A stretch of DNA of 64,000 nt from Cyanophyceae cyanobacterium (GCA_038321985.1 JBBQFN010000001.1:288001-352000); one strand, 5' to 3'. Shown: positions 42,187-53,107, counted from the first letter of the stretch. The notes: generated from the sequence alone by a model not told the origin. Program-made: numbers and translations.

Positions 42187-42609
42187 TTAGCCCGCTTGTA
42201 AAATTTCTTCCAACATCAGATTCTCTAACACAGAGTTGCCGTTCTGTAACTGAGATTTGGCCGCCTCACTCAACTGTAACTGTCGGCGAGATTGCTGCCA
42301 AAAATCTTGACCTTCCTCAAATCCACCCGCTTTTAATTTGTTCACGGCTAAGGCACAAGCCTCCGCCTTTAAATCTAGTTCAGGCATCAGTAATAAGGAA
42401 TTCTGAACTAACCACCGACAAGCCTCCGGGTCTACTTCCGCAAGCTCATAAGTTGCTTCTTTCAAGACTTCTTCGATCACTTGAGGTGTCGGTAACACCT
42501 TTAAAAAGTTTTTCACCGCAATCACTAAAGCGGGATTTCTGGCCTTGAAAACATCTAGGGCTACTTCTGTATGTAGCCGCTCCTTACAGTCACTTCTTAA
42601 AGTAGACAT
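42187..42609 (-). CDS. Hypothetical protein
   Basis: About 140 aa helical ORF; start taken at MSTLRS. Confidence 0.6.
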   Translation of the reverse strand: MSTLRSDCKERLHTEVALDVFKARNPALVIAVKNFLKVLPTPQVIEEVLKEATYELAEVDPEACRWLVQNSLLLMPELDLKAEACALAVNKLKAGGFEEGQDFWQQSRRQLQLSEAAKSQLQNGNSVLENLMLEEILQAG

Positions 42610-42844
42610 TAATACCGTCCTTTCCTTTTCCCTGCATGGGTTAAAGGTTTTTAACATGGCTAATTTATGGGGGTTTCTAAAGAACAGGGCCTATCTGAGC
42701 CAATCCAACTTTGAACAAGGTAGGGAGTGCTGATGGGGCCTGATTTTTTTGGTTTACCCTGAACGAGTTTAAACTCCCTAAAGTTGCTTGAATCTTTAAA
42801 ATTTTTTACTGTCGTTCAATTGATTATGAGTTTACCTTATCTAA

Positions 42845-42991
42845 ACCCTACGAAAACAATGTGAATTATTGGTGAAGGTAACTACGATTTGCCCATTATT
42901 CCATCTCTGGGTCTTGTTTGGTCTGGTATTGATGGCATGGGATTAATAATCCCTGACAATTCACGAGTAATTCACAACTTCTGGTTAGGCT
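42845..42991. promoter_or_regulatory. Two back-to-back promoter-like modules TTCAC-N6-TTCACA-N9-TAGG(C/G)T
   Basis: Plus strand 42960-42991 and minus strand 42876-42845 share the same geometry. Confidence 0.55.
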
Positions 42992-43146
42992 GGAGGCTAA
43001 TGACCGAAGAATTAAAGCATTGCCGAAGAAAATTAGCTGGGATTGTTCCCTGATTTTCCGGGGGACGAGTCGGATTTAGCTTAATCGGTTCTGAGGTTGG
43101 TTGAGTCACTAAGTTTTACTAAAAAGTCTAAACCGGGTATCACGTT

Positions 43147-43428
43147 ATGAGTTCTTGTCCTTGTTGCTCTTATCCACTTTTGCGTCATATTCGGCATAAC
43201 CAGATGGATTGGTTCTGCCAGCATTGCTGGCAATTCATGCCTAATTTTTCCCATCGCATCGGTTCGCGGGCTAACCTTACGGACTTTTCCAATCAAGGAG
43301 AGGTGATTTCCTCTGATACCGGATGGAACCGCGAACTCGATCGCCATCCCCACGTGGTTAGTTTGTCTGACTCTAATCGATTTAAAAATGCCAAGACAAG
43401 CCCTGAGAAAAGTCGCCTGCTTGTCTAA
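43147..43428 (+). CDS. Small zinc-ribbon-like protein
   Basis: MSSCPCCSYPLLRHIR...WFCQHCWQFMP, a cyanobacterial CxxC/CxxC pattern. Confidence 0.7.
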   Translation: MSSCPCCSYPLLRHIRHNQMDWFCQHCWQFMPNFSHRIGSRANLTDFSNQGEVISSDTGWNRELDRHPHVVSLSDSNRFKNAKTSPEKSRLLV

Positions 43429-43578
43429 AGCGGGATGGTTTATAAAAATTATTTTTGCTGAATTGGTGAAAGGGGTACTCGGGAATTTTAAGGAATAAAA
43501 CTTGCTATTTTCTGATAATCCTCCCGAGCTGTGGCTCAACCTTCCCTTCAATCAGATTTACTACTAGCATCAGGATTT

Positions 43579-43956
43579 TCATTTATTCCATTGTAAAATT
43601 TTTCGGACATCATCAGCTAAACTTTCTGCCTTAAACGGCTTAAGAATTGCCCCAGCGCCGCCTAATTCTATCAGTTCTTTTTGTTCCCGAATTTGGGCTT
43701 TCGCGGTCAACCAAATCGTAGGAATGCTGGAGGTGTTTGCATGGCTCTTTAATTCCCGAAATGTACTAGGACCGTCCATTTCTGGCATCATGACGTCCAG
43801 TAAAATGGCATCGGGTTGTTCCGCTTGAGCTAGGGCAATACCTTCCCGTCCCGAACTGGCTGTAAAGACCTCCCATCCGGCCACGACTTCCAAGGAAAAT
43901 TGAATAATTTCCCGTAAGCCATCTTCGTCATCAATCACTAAAATTCGTTTGCTCAT
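43579..43956 (-). CDS. Single-domain CheY-like response regulator (RcaF-like)
   Basis: ILVIDD, LLDVMMP, LTAK, KPF; start overlaps the kinase end. Confidence 0.92.
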   Translation of the reverse strand: MSKRILVIDDEDGLREIIQFSLEVVAGWEVFTASSGREGIALAQAEQPDAILLDVMMPEMDGPSTFRELKSHANTSSIPTIWLTAKAQIREQKELIELGGAGAILKPFKAESLADDVRKILQWNK

Positions 43957-46900
43957 TGCTGCCTTCCTCTTTAGGGGTTTTAGTTGGGGTTTCAGGCAAG
44001 GTGAAATAAAAGGTACTCCCTTGATTGACAATGCTTTCTACCCAAATTCTACCCCCATGTTGCTGGATGATACTGCGGCAAATTGCCAAGCCTAATCCCG
44101 TGCCTCCTTTTTTCCGAGAATCCGAAGCATCAACTTGATGGAATCGTTCAAAGATACTTTCCATTTTATTTTCAGGAATGCCGCGACCTTGATCTTTAAC
44201 CGCAAATAAAATTAGGGAGGGAGAGGCTTCCGCATCGCCGAGTTCCAGATAGTTATGGGCAAGGGTTCGGGCTTGTACGGAAATCCATACCGTCGAAGAG
44301 GGGGGAGAGAATTTGATGGCATTGCTCAACAAATTGGTCAGGACTTGAATGATGCGATCGCCATCCCCAAACAACTCCAAGCTAGGACTACATTCGATAA
44401 TAAACGTAATTTCCGCTCGGTTTGCCATAACTTGCATCGTTTCGATCGCCTTTTCAATCAAGTCTCCGGGGTAGTACCGTTCCCTGACTAGGGCAATTTT
44501 TCCCGAGGTTAACCGCTCTAAATCTAGAATATCATTGACCAAGCGTACGAGGCGATCGGAGCTGTCAGCGGCGATCGAAAGGACCCGCTTCCCTTTCTCC
44601 CCCGTCGGTTCAATCAACCCACTGGATATCAAGTTTAACGCCCCGTGAATTGAGGCTAAGGGGGTGCGGAGTTCATGACTGACCACGGAAATAAACTCAT
44701 CCTTCATCCGTTCGATCGCATCTCGTTCCGTAATATCTTCTCCGATACTGAGCGTACCAATTTCTACCCCACGCAAATCATGCAACACGGTATTATTCCA
44801 AACAATAATTTTCTCCTGTCCAGACCGGGTAACAATGATACTGTGAGTGTGGGAATAAAAATCCGGAGTTCGTAACCCGTATAACTCCTCAGAGTGCCTG
44901 CGCTGTTGATGGGTGGGAATAAACAGTTCAAACCAATCTTTGCCCTGAATTTCATAAAGGGCGTATCCCACCAACTCTAGGAAAAAGGGATTGGCATATT
45001 CTATTTGACCCTGATAGTCGAGTCCGACTACGGCTAAATGCACCGTTTCCAGCAACGTGCGCCACCGTCGTTCCGATTCTCGTATCGTTGCCTCAATTTC
45101 CTTTTGTTTCGTGATGTCTCGGGCAATACTCGAAAACATGGTCACCGCCCCCTCCAGGGATTTATGGGCGATAATCAACTCCGAGAGGGTAATTTCCACA
45201 CCCTCTGGGGTCACTAGGGCAGTTTCCCCGATCCAGGTGCCTTGGGCGATCGCCGTAGGAATCCCCTCATTCCGCATGATGTCGTGCGCCCACCCGGCAT
45301 GAGAGCGAAAAATCTGGAATGTTTCTAAAGGGCACTCCGGCGCGACTCCCAGAATCGTTCGCGCCGCCTTGTTCAAATAGAAAACCTTGCCATCCACACT
45401 CGCCGACAGAATGAAATCGGGAGTCGCCTCCAAAATTTCGATTAACTTCGCCCGTTCGGCTTCGGCACGTTTGCGTTCGGTAATATCGCGCAAACACAGA
45501 GTAAACACTTGTTCCCCGGCAATTTCGACTTCGGAAATGGAGACTTCCCCAGGAAACTCCGTCCCATCTTGACGAAGGCCAATAATTTCCCCGTATTGGT
45601 CCATGATCCGGGCCAGGTTATCTGAGCATCCCCATCCACTCCCAGAATATTCCCCTCTTCCCTCTAAACCCAAGGGCAATAACCCCTCTAGGGCTTCCCC
45701 CAGCACTTCAGCGGCACTATAACCAAATATCTTTTCTGCGGCTTGATTAAACAGAGTAATCCGTTGGTTGCCATCAATAGAGATAATCGCATCCCCAGCC
45801 AATTCCAGAATGGCCGCAATGCGTGCACGCGACGAGTGTAATTCCTCCCGGGCTCGTTTGCGCGCAGTAATATCTTGAATCTGGGCAATTAAATAGAGGG
45901 GACATTCTAGGGAATCCCGGACTAAAGAGGCACTCAACTGGATCCAAACAACCTGTCCCTGTTTGTGGAGGTAGCGCTTCTCCGTCTGATAGGAAGGAAT
46001 CTCCCCGGTGAGTAAATTTTGAAGGGAATGGTGATCCGTGTGCTGATCCTCGGGATGGGTGACGTCATTAAATGTTTTTTGTAGCAATTCGGACTCGCCA
46101 TAGCCGAGAATTTCGCATAAGGCGCGATTAACTTTTAGCCAATGTCCATCGGGTCCTACTAGGGCCATGCCAATTGTGGCATAGTCAAAGGCATTCCGAA
46201 AGCGAGCTTCACTTTCGAGTAAGGCGACTTGAGCTTCGCTGCGATCGCTGACGTCAAGGACCAAAGACAAGACGGAAATTAGCTCGCCCGTTGGGGCGAA
46301 CAGCGCTGAATAATACCATTCGCAATCAATCACCCGTCCATCTTTGGTGTAGTTGCGATTGCAGCAGACATTTCGCGGTTCTTCTCCAGAAACGAGCAGA
46401 TTTCGATGCTGAGTAACGGCTTCGAGGTCCGCTTCATAAATCAATGAACAGTCCTGATCCGATTTGCCGAATACTTCCGAGGCTTGCCAACCAAATATTT
46501 TTTCGGCTTGGGGGGACCAATTTAAAATCTGCCATTCCCGGTTCCATTCGATAACAGCTAGGGGAGTATTTTTGACGTGAAACTGCAAGCGCTGATAGGC
46601 TCGTTGTAAGACTTGTTCCACGCGCTGTCGGAGTTGCAGTTCGTTCTCAAGGCGTTCGTTGGCTTTCCGCAATTGTTCGGTACGGGCTCTAACTTGGGTT
46701 TCAAGTTCTTGCTTGGCTTGTTGTAAGGCTTGCTGTGCTCGTTTGCGTTCGGTGGTGTCTCGGAAAAAAATCGAGAGTCCCTCTTTGGCGGGGTAGATGT
46801 AGTTTTCAAACCAGCAATCGTAGGGCGGATAATATTCTTCTAGGTAAATAGAGATTTGTTTTTCTAGGGCTTGAGCGCAGGCTTGATAAAATTGGGGGCG

Positions 46901-48646
46901 GGTCACTTCGGGAAATTCTACGGAGATTTTCTGGCCGATGAGGTCTTCCCGGCGCTTTTGTAGGAGTTGGGCAGCTTTTTTATTGACGTAGGTGTACTGT
47001 CCCTGGGTATCGAGGGCGATAAAGGCATCGGTAATGCTTTCTAAGATGTTGGAGATTTGCTCTCCTGCGAGTTGGGCGGCGGTATGGGCGACTCGTTCGG
47101 TGGCGAGGAGGTGTTGAATTTGGACTTCCGCCCGCTTGCGATCGCTAATATTCATGACGATACCGATGGTTCCCAGGGGTTGGCCGGTTTCGTCCCAGAA
47201 GGCGTTCCCCCGGGTTTTGAGCCAGTGAATGCTGCGATTGGGCCAAATCACGCGATATTCAATCTCGAAGGGTTGCCCGAGGGCGATCGCATCTTCGACG
47301 GTTTGATGGACTATGGTGCGGTCTAGAGGATGAATGCAGGCTTCAAAGGCGGCGTAGGTGTTGTCAAAGGTAGTCGGATTGATGCCGAACAGTTGCAGAC
47401 ATTCTAGGGAACAGATTACTCTGATGCGACTGCCACGGGTGCGATCGCGGGTAAATTCCCATTGCCAAGTTCCCATGTTGGACGCTTGCAGGGCAAGGCG
47501 CAATTTTTCTTCACTTCCCCTCAAGGCGGATTCAGCTAAGGCGTGATGGTGCTGTCGTTGCAGGGCGATGATGCCGTAAGCCAGGTTATGAGTGAGTTCG
47601 ATGAGTAGCTGCACTTCGTCCACATCGAAGGCATCGGGTTGGGTGGCATAGAGATTGAGGGTCCCAAAAACCTGCCCTTCATTGAGCAACGGCAGGGCGA
47701 TCGCGCAAGTATAACTCCCTTCCCCGACTTCCAATTCCCAGGGGGCACTCTCTATGGGGGTATAAGGGTTTTGACCCCGGCCCGGTAAGCCGGTTCGCAG
47801 CCCCGGGACCCGGGGTGATAATCCTGACCCCGAACGGGGGATGATTTGACCGGACTGGACTGCTTCTTCCAGGTTCTCTCCTGCTTGGGCAACGGGAATT
47901 ACCCGTTTCGGGTCGTCTTCGGCGACATATCCCACCCAAGCCGATTTATACCCCCCGATCGCGGTCATCATTTCGCAGATTTGCTGCAATACGTCCAGTT
48001 CTTCTTTGCCGTGAATAATAATATGGTTGCCGGCACTAAGGGCGCTCAAAGCCCGTTTTTGCTGGCGCAATTGAGTTTCTAGGGCAACGCGCTGGTCAAT
48101 GTTGAGCAGGGTCCCCACGGCCCGGACTGCTTGGTTACCGTCGCTGTAGAAAAATTTACCTTGGCTCTGTAGCCAGTGGGTGCTACGATCTGGCCAGATT
48201 ACCCGAAATTTTAGGTAGTAATCCCCAGACCCCTGGTGAGGGTTGCTGAGGTTCTGGGCGATCGCACCTCGATCATCAGGATGGATGCAGGCAAACAAGG
48301 CAGCAGAAGTCCCGTTAAAGCTGCCCGGATCTCGACCCCATAACAGTTCATAACCTGGGGTTCCCGTGATGCGATCGCTGGGTAGATCCCATTCAAAAAT
48401 TGCCATTTGCGCCACATCCAAAGCCAGGGTTAGCCATTTTTCTGGGTGACTCAGGGTCTCATCTGGCGACTCTGGGGGCGCGTCATCTGGACTCTGGAGA
48501 AATAATGGGTCAGCGCTTCTGGGGGAGGGTTCTGGACTTTGAATCTCCTGCAATTGGAGTTCTGCCCAGTTTAGTTTTTGCCGCAGTTCTTCAATTTCGC
48601 GGATTAACTCTTGCCTCGGTTGATTAGCCCAATTTTTAATGCTCAT
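43931..48646 (-). CDS. Multi-PAS/GAF sensor histidine kinase
   Basis: Many PAS-PAC units ending in DIT/DVS-type motifs, one GAF, SHELRTPL, NLLSNAIKFS, DQGRGI, GTGLGL. Confidence 0.94.
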   Translation of the reverse strand: MSIKNWANQPRQELIREIEELRQKLNWAELQLQEIQSPEPSPRSADPLFLQSPDDAPPESPDETLSHPEKWLTLALDVAQMAIFEWDLPSDRITGTPGYELLWGRDPGSFNGTSAALFACIHPDDRGAIAQNLSNPHQGSGDYYLKFRVIWPDRSTHWLQSQGKFFYSDGNQAVRAVGTLLNIDQRVALETQLRQQKRALSALSAGNHIIIHGKEELDVLQQICEMMTAIGGYKSAWVGYVAEDDPKRVIPVAQAGENLEEAVQSGQIIPRSGSGLSPRVPGLRTGLPGRGQNPYTPIESAPWELEVGEGSYTCAIALPLLNEGQVFGTLNLYATQPDAFDVDEVQLLIELTHNLAYGIIALQRQHHHALAESALRGSEEKLRLALQASNMGTWQWEFTRDRTRGSRIRVICSLECLQLFGINPTTFDNTYAAFEACIHPLDRTIVHQTVEDAIALGQPFEIEYRVIWPNRSIHWLKTRGNAFWDETGQPLGTIGIVMNISDRKRAEVQIQHLLATERVAHTAAQLAGEQISNILESITDAFIALDTQGQYTYVNKKAAQLLQKRREDLIGQKISVEFPEVTRPQFYQACAQALEKQISIYLEEYYPPYDCWFENYIYPAKEGLSIFFRDTTERKRAQQALQQAKQELETQVRARTEQLRKANERLENELQLRQRVEQVLQRAYQRLQFHVKNTPLAVIEWNREWQILNWSPQAEKIFGWQASEVFGKSDQDCSLIYEADLEAVTQHRNLLVSGEEPRNVCCNRNYTKDGRVIDCEWYYSALFAPTGELISVLSLVLDVSDRSEAQVALLESEARFRNAFDYATIGMALVGPDGHWLKVNRALCEILGYGESELLQKTFNDVTHPEDQHTDHHSLQNLLTGEIPSYQTEKRYLHKQGQVVWIQLSASLVRDSLECPLYLIAQIQDITARKRAREELHSSRARIAAILELAGDAIISIDGNQRITLFNQAAEKIFGYSAAEVLGEALEGLLPLGLEGRGEYSGSGWGCSDNLARIMDQYGEIIGLRQDGTEFPGEVSISEVEIAGEQVFTLCLRDITERKRAEAERAKLIEILEATPDFILSASVDGKVFYLNKAARTILGVAPECPLETFQIFRSHAGWAHDIMRNEGIPTAIAQGTWIGETALVTPEGVEITLSELIIAHKSLEGAVTMFSSIARDITKQKEIEATIRESERRWRTLLETVHLAVVGLDYQGQIEYANPFFLELVGYALYEIQGKDWFELFIPTHQQRRHSEELYGLRTPDFYSHTHSIIVTRSGQEKIIVWNNTVLHDLRGVEIGTLSIGEDITERDAIERMKDEFISVVSHELRTPLASIHGALNLISSGLIEPTGEKGKRVLSIAADSSDRLVRLVNDILDLERLTSGKIALVRERYYPGDLIEKAIETMQVMANRAEITFIIECSPSLELFGDGDRIIQVLTNLLSNAIKFSPPSSTVWISVQARTLAHNYLELGDAEASPSLILFAVKDQGRGIPENKMESIFERFHQVDASDSRKKGGTGLGLAICRSIIQQHGGRIWVESIVNQGSTFYFTLPETPTKTPKEEGSNEQTNFSD

Positions 48647-49524
48647 CTTTCCATCCCTAATTATCGAGCAACAGACGACTTCCCCCTACTGCTTCCATTC
48701 TCACTCCTTGCTCTTGTGAGGGAGGCCCTATCGATTTTTCGTTCCGTTCGCCTTCAGCGTCTCTTCTGATAGAGAATCAAGTTGATCGAGTTCCGATTCT
48801 TCTCGATAGTCGGGTTGGTTTTTGGGCCAAAAATCGGAGAGGGTGTCCTCGGTCATTAAGAACATTATTAGCCAATTTCGCCTCGTCTTGAAGAAGTGCG
48901 AACCCTTTAATTTCCTGGATTTGAATTTTCTCGGCTTCATCCTGGCAACAACCCACTCATTTTGACCGGGTGCGAAACCCAGTCAAGGAGTTAGGTCAAA
49001 AATGCCACAGGGACAAGGCGACTGGTCGATTAAGCTCTTAAATTTGGCTGATATTCCTAAAGTTTGAAGGCGATCGCAACGGGAGAGAGTTCTCCCAATC
49101 ATCCGGTAAATTTTATCTCTACCCTGGCCTTAACTGGGAAAGCATCAAGCCATCCGGGCTAGCTTAAACTCCGGTAATCTAGGGTTGTTATCGGTGCGTC
49201 TTCTTCCTGACCCACTTCCCAGATTTGACTGCCTCAATTTAAGTAAGCCCCAACTTTTATTCAGTGTTTTAATTATACCCTTCCTCCCTAGTTTTAAAAT
49301 TCATTTTTTAGGGAATTCCACGTTCCCGGAAAGGATTGCTCTATCTTCCTCCGGTCCTAACTTTCTATCCTCTTTCTATCCCCTGTCCAAATCCTGGATT
49401 ATAAATTTAAGTCTTTTCCCGGCTCAAGTCCGGGCAATTGCTGAATTTTCCCGACCCACCCCCTCAAAACCCGCTCTATAATAAAGCTAAAGCCTTCACT
49501 CTATACAAATTCCCTTAAAAGTCC

Positions 49525-50922
49525 ATGTTAGAATTCGTAGAACTCTATAAAAATTTACCGACTCCTCCGCCAAAAACCAAAAAAAAATCCTACCCCTCGC
49601 GACGAAATCGGTTTGATCGCTCCTCTAAAATTGCTATCCCTCCGTTACCCTTAACGATGCGAATCACGAGGCTACTATTGGGCAGCTTTACTTTCTGGTT
49701 AATGGCAACGTTATCCCTTAGTGTAGGGGCAATTTTAGCCGTATTCGATGCCAAAATGACCGTCAATGTCCCTGAATGGCAACTGTCCCCCACCCCAACT
49801 ACTTCCCCATTACCTCCCTTTAAATTATCTCGACCTCTTAACATTTTAATTCTGGGTGTTGAAACAATTAATACCCCAGAAAATGCAGGTCAATTTAGAG
49901 AACAAAGCCCAGCCCAAACCGTTTGGTTAATGCGATTTAACCCCGTTCAAAACTCCGTGAGTGTGTTGTTGGTTCCCCCTCAAACTCGGGTGGAAATCCC
50001 CGATCGCGGACGGAATCAGATCGCCCGTGCTCACACCATTGGCGGCGTCACTCTCACCTCCCGAGTCCTCAGTCAAACTCTCAATTCCATCCCCATTGAC
50101 CGCTATATTCGTGCTGATGCTGCCACTTTTCGCAGCTTTATCGATTTGCTTGGGGGGGTAGAATTATTCGTTCCTGAAGCCCTCTCTTATCGCGATTCAA
50201 CCCAGGCGATCGCTGTAGACTTACAACCGGGTTGGCAAACCTTAAAAGGAGAGGAAACCCTCGGTTTTGCTCGCTCCCAGAAAGACTCTGAAGATCACAG
50301 CGCTATCCACCGAGAGCAACTGATTCTACAATCCGTAGGCGATCGCCTTGCCAGTCCCAGTCTCTTACCCCAATTGCCGCGAATCGTGCAACTGATGCAC
50401 GAATATATCGATACCAATCTCACCCTTGAAGAAACTTTCGCCTTAGTCAATTTCCTCCAACAGCAGTTGCCCGATGGGTTGAAAATGGTCCTACTCCCTG
50501 GGGAATTTACCCCCACCCGATCGGTCCCTAGTCCCTCTTGGACTATCGACCCTACCGGACGAGATCGGGTGATGTACTACTATTTTGAAAGGGAACTGAA
50601 CTCCGGAAATCAACGCAATCGCGCTACTACTGCCCAGTCTCCCCACAACTTAAAAATTGCCCTTCAAAATGCTTCCGGTAATCCTTTAATTCTAGGAAAA
50701 ATTTTGAATGATTTAAAAGCCCATGGATATCAAAATGTTTATGCAATTACCGACTCACTAGATATCAAACGGCGTAGTCAAATTATTGTCCAAGCCGGAG
50801 ATAGGGAGGCAGCCCAGACGTTACAGAAACTCTTACCTATCGCTCAAATTCAATCTAGTTCTCTCGGCGACTTAAACTCTGAACTTACTCTCATTATTGG
50901 GGAAGATTTTGTTGATTTTTAA
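49525..50922 (+). CDS. LCP (LytR-CpsA-Psr) family protein with a LytR_C domain; catalytic motifs degenerate
   Basis: TM helix, LNILILGV, FIDLLGGV, PGWQTLKGEETLGFAR, IDTNLT, IALQNASG...LTLIIGED. Confidence 0.85.
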   Translation: MLEFVELYKNLPTPPPKTKKKSYPSRRNRFDRSSKIAIPPLPLTMRITRLLLGSFTFWLMATLSLSVGAILAVFDAKMTVNVPEWQLSPTPTTSPLPPFKLSRPLNILILGVETINTPENAGQFREQSPAQTVWLMRFNPVQNSVSVLLVPPQTRVEIPDRGRNQIARAHTIGGVTLTSRVLSQTLNSIPIDRYIRADAATFRSFIDLLGGVELFVPEALSYRDSTQAIAVDLQPGWQTLKGEETLGFARSQKDSEDHSAIHREQLILQSVGDRLASPSLLPQLPRIVQLMHEYIDTNLTLEETFALVNFLQQQLPDGLKMVLLPGEFTPTRSVPSPSWTIDPTGRDRVMYYYFERELNSGNQRNRATTAQSPHNLKIALQNASGNPLILGKILNDLKAHGYQNVYAITDSLDIKRRSQIIVQAGDREAAQTLQKLLPIAQIQSSSLGDLNSELTLIIGEDFVDF

Positions 50923-51294
50923 AATAAAATTGGGTAAAATAAAGTCAGTTTATGGATTTTTTCAACACTATTAAAAACCATGTTAAAGCGCCTATTCCTC
51001 CTAACACTGGCCGGAATTCTAGCCTGGGTCTGGATTCTTTTAACGGCCCAAGAAGCGATCGGCCTCACGTTGGGAGTGACGAGTTTAATCGTTTTTTAAG
51101 GTTGTTGTGTTGTCGCCGCTACAATATCTCAGTTAAGACCAATCCACAGACGCCAGCAAGTCTTAATCCAAGGGGGGAGAAGGATGCAATATTTCAGTTA
51201 AGACGAACCCGGAAACAACTACAGCCGTGACACTGAACAATGGGTACATATCTTGTCAGCGCGGTTCTTTAAATTATTCGGGAGACTCCTGCTT

Positions 51295-52011
51295 TCAGGC
51301 GGTGTTTCTCCAACTTTGGGAGACTGAGGTAAAGGAGGTAAAAACATCCCAGTTTTGAATATCTTGCAGGATTGATTGATAACCTGCTACATTAGGGTGT
51401 AGACCGTCATCGCATAAATGCGATTGCCTCCATCCTTCACCGCGATCGCGCCATAACTCAAATAAGTCTAAATACGGAATCTGCCTCTGTTCGCACTCTT
51501 GTCTTGCCACTTCTTTGTAGCGAGACTGGTCTGCCTGGTTAAAATAAAGGCACTCTGAAAAAGGCATCTGAGTCTCATTCACCGGCACCATGCCCACAAA
51601 AAAGACTGGACAGAGTGCTTGGGCGCAATCGAGGAGTTGGGCAATTTCTGCGGTGAAAGTGCTAAATTCGGTAAAATTGCGTCCGTTGGGGCGTCCTAAT
51701 CGGGCGGTATCATTCACGCCCACCGAAAGAACGATGGCATCGGGTACGCGATTTTTCAGTTCTCCACGATAGCGAAACTCGCTTTCGAGTCGTTCAGAGA
51801 CTTGGGAAACGCGATCGCCTCGGACGCCCAGATTGTACAGTACATGACCCCCGCTTTCGGGCATCATCCACTCCCGTCTGAGTCGTTCAACCCAACCCCC
51901 TCCCACAGGATCGCCAAATCCATAAACGAGACTGTCTCCGAGGGCTACTATTTTCAGAGGATGCACGGTTGCGTGATAGGAACGGTTAGAAGATGCTGCT
52001 AAAACTTGCAT
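51295..52011 (-). CDS. SGNH/GDSL hydrolase
   Basis: ALGDSLVYG, NLGVRG, GVND, DGLHPN. Confidence 0.93.
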   Translation of the reverse strand: MQVLAASSNRSYHATVHPLKIVALGDSLVYGFGDPVGGGWVERLRREWMMPESGGHVLYNLGVRGDRVSQVSERLESEFRYRGELKNRVPDAIVLSVGVNDTARLGRPNGRNFTEFSTFTAEIAQLLDCAQALCPVFFVGMVPVNETQMPFSECLYFNQADQSRYKEVARQECEQRQIPYLDLFELWRDRGEGWRQSHLCDDGLHPNVAGYQSILQDIQNWDVFTSFTSVSQSWRNTA

Positions 52012-52190
52012 AAGCGATGGGACCCCGTACTTATAAAATCTTTACACATCGATAACAATCTACATCATTGGCTAAAATTAACATAATTACCTAAAGGTAC
52101 AAAACCATGAATAGTGGATCGGGCAATCCGGAGAAAAGCAAGCGTTCCGGCTTCAGTACAGACAAAATCGAAAGTTTTTCGAGGAGAGCA

Positions 52191-52427
52191 TTGTTTGCCT
52201 CCCACAAGCGAGCTACCATCGATACAGAGCATTTGATGCGTCGCGCTGAGGACTTAGTGAGTGCCGCCTCCAATCGCTACCGGATCACGGTCCAAGTTGC
52301 TAATCGTGCCAAGCGTCGCCGCTACGAAGATTTCGACAGCATGGAAGAACCGACAATGAAACCCGTGATTCGGGCGATCGTCGAAATGTCAGATGAACTC
52401 GCGCAACCGGAAATTATCGGCGATTAA
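52191..52427 (+). CDS. rpoZ: RNA polymerase omega subunit (cyanobacterial type)
   Basis: [20 protein letters not shown]...[16 protein letters not shown] start after a GAGGAG RBS. Confidence 0.92.
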   Translation: MFASHKRATIDTEHLMRRAEDLVSAASNRYRITVQVANRAKRRRYEDFDSMEEPTMKPVIRAIVEMSDELAQPEIIGD

Positions 52428-52447
52428 TAGGCTTTGACGGGGGTTTC

Positions 52448-53107
52448 ATGGGTTTCGTGGCAGGAATACGAAAGATGATGCAATTGCAGCGCAAAGGGGC
52501 AGCGACTGCCCTGATCGGGGTCGGATTAATTCTAGGTCTATTCCTAGGAATACCTCACCAGGGGGGTGTACGGGAAACTCTGCCCAGGGCTGTCGCCCAA
52601 GAGGTTCCCCCCCCTGAAAGTAGCCCCGGAAGAGACCCCCGGCAACGGTGGCGGCAAGTCTACGAACGCCTGCCCGATTTTCCCTTAGCAAATACCTACA
52701 TTAGCACCCAGACGGGAGAGGTGGACCTGGATAACACCTTGGCAAATCGGTTAATTTCCTATCATCTGTATGTCAAAAATCGTCTGCCGATATTTCGTCT
52801 CGATTGGAAGTTGACCCTAGCTGACTATCTCGGTGTTAACGAACCCCTAACCGAAAATACCTATCCGGGAAATGGGGTTTTGCAAACCAATCCCATGGCA
52901 AGCGATCGCGAGATCCTCTCTCAACTCAACCGCCAACAACGGGAGGAGTTAATCGAAGTTCTCGTTACCCTATTTAATCCCAACTACCACAACATCCAAG
53001 GGCCAACCCCACGGACAACGGAAAGAGAAACCCCCTCATCCCCTAGAACTCCGGCAGGTCCTCCACCTCTGCCCGAATCGGGGGATGCCGATTTACTGCG
53101 ATTGTAA
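52448..53107 (+). CDS. Conserved cyanobacterial exported hypothetical protein
   Basis: Signal-like N-terminus; VYERLPDFPLAN, RLISYH, RLDWKLTLADYLG. Confidence 0.75.
   Translation: MGFVAGIRKMMQLQRKGAATALIGVGLILGLFLGIPHQGGVRETLPRAVAQEVPPPESSPGRDPRQRWRQVYERLPDFPLANTYISTQTGEVDLDNTLANRLISYHLYVKNRLPIFRLDWKLTLADYLGVNEPLTENTYPGNGVLQTNPMASDREILSQLNRQQREELIEVLVTLFNPNYHNIQGPTPRTTERETPSSPRTPAGPPPLPESGDADLLRL

Noticed and set aside
48728..49481. Short ORFs between the kinase and LCP genes
   Set aside because: No family resemblance; composition fits intergenic promoter DNA
51122..51204. Possible mini-CRISPR array
   Set aside because: Only two 18 bp copies, no CRISPR-like repeat ends and no cas genes
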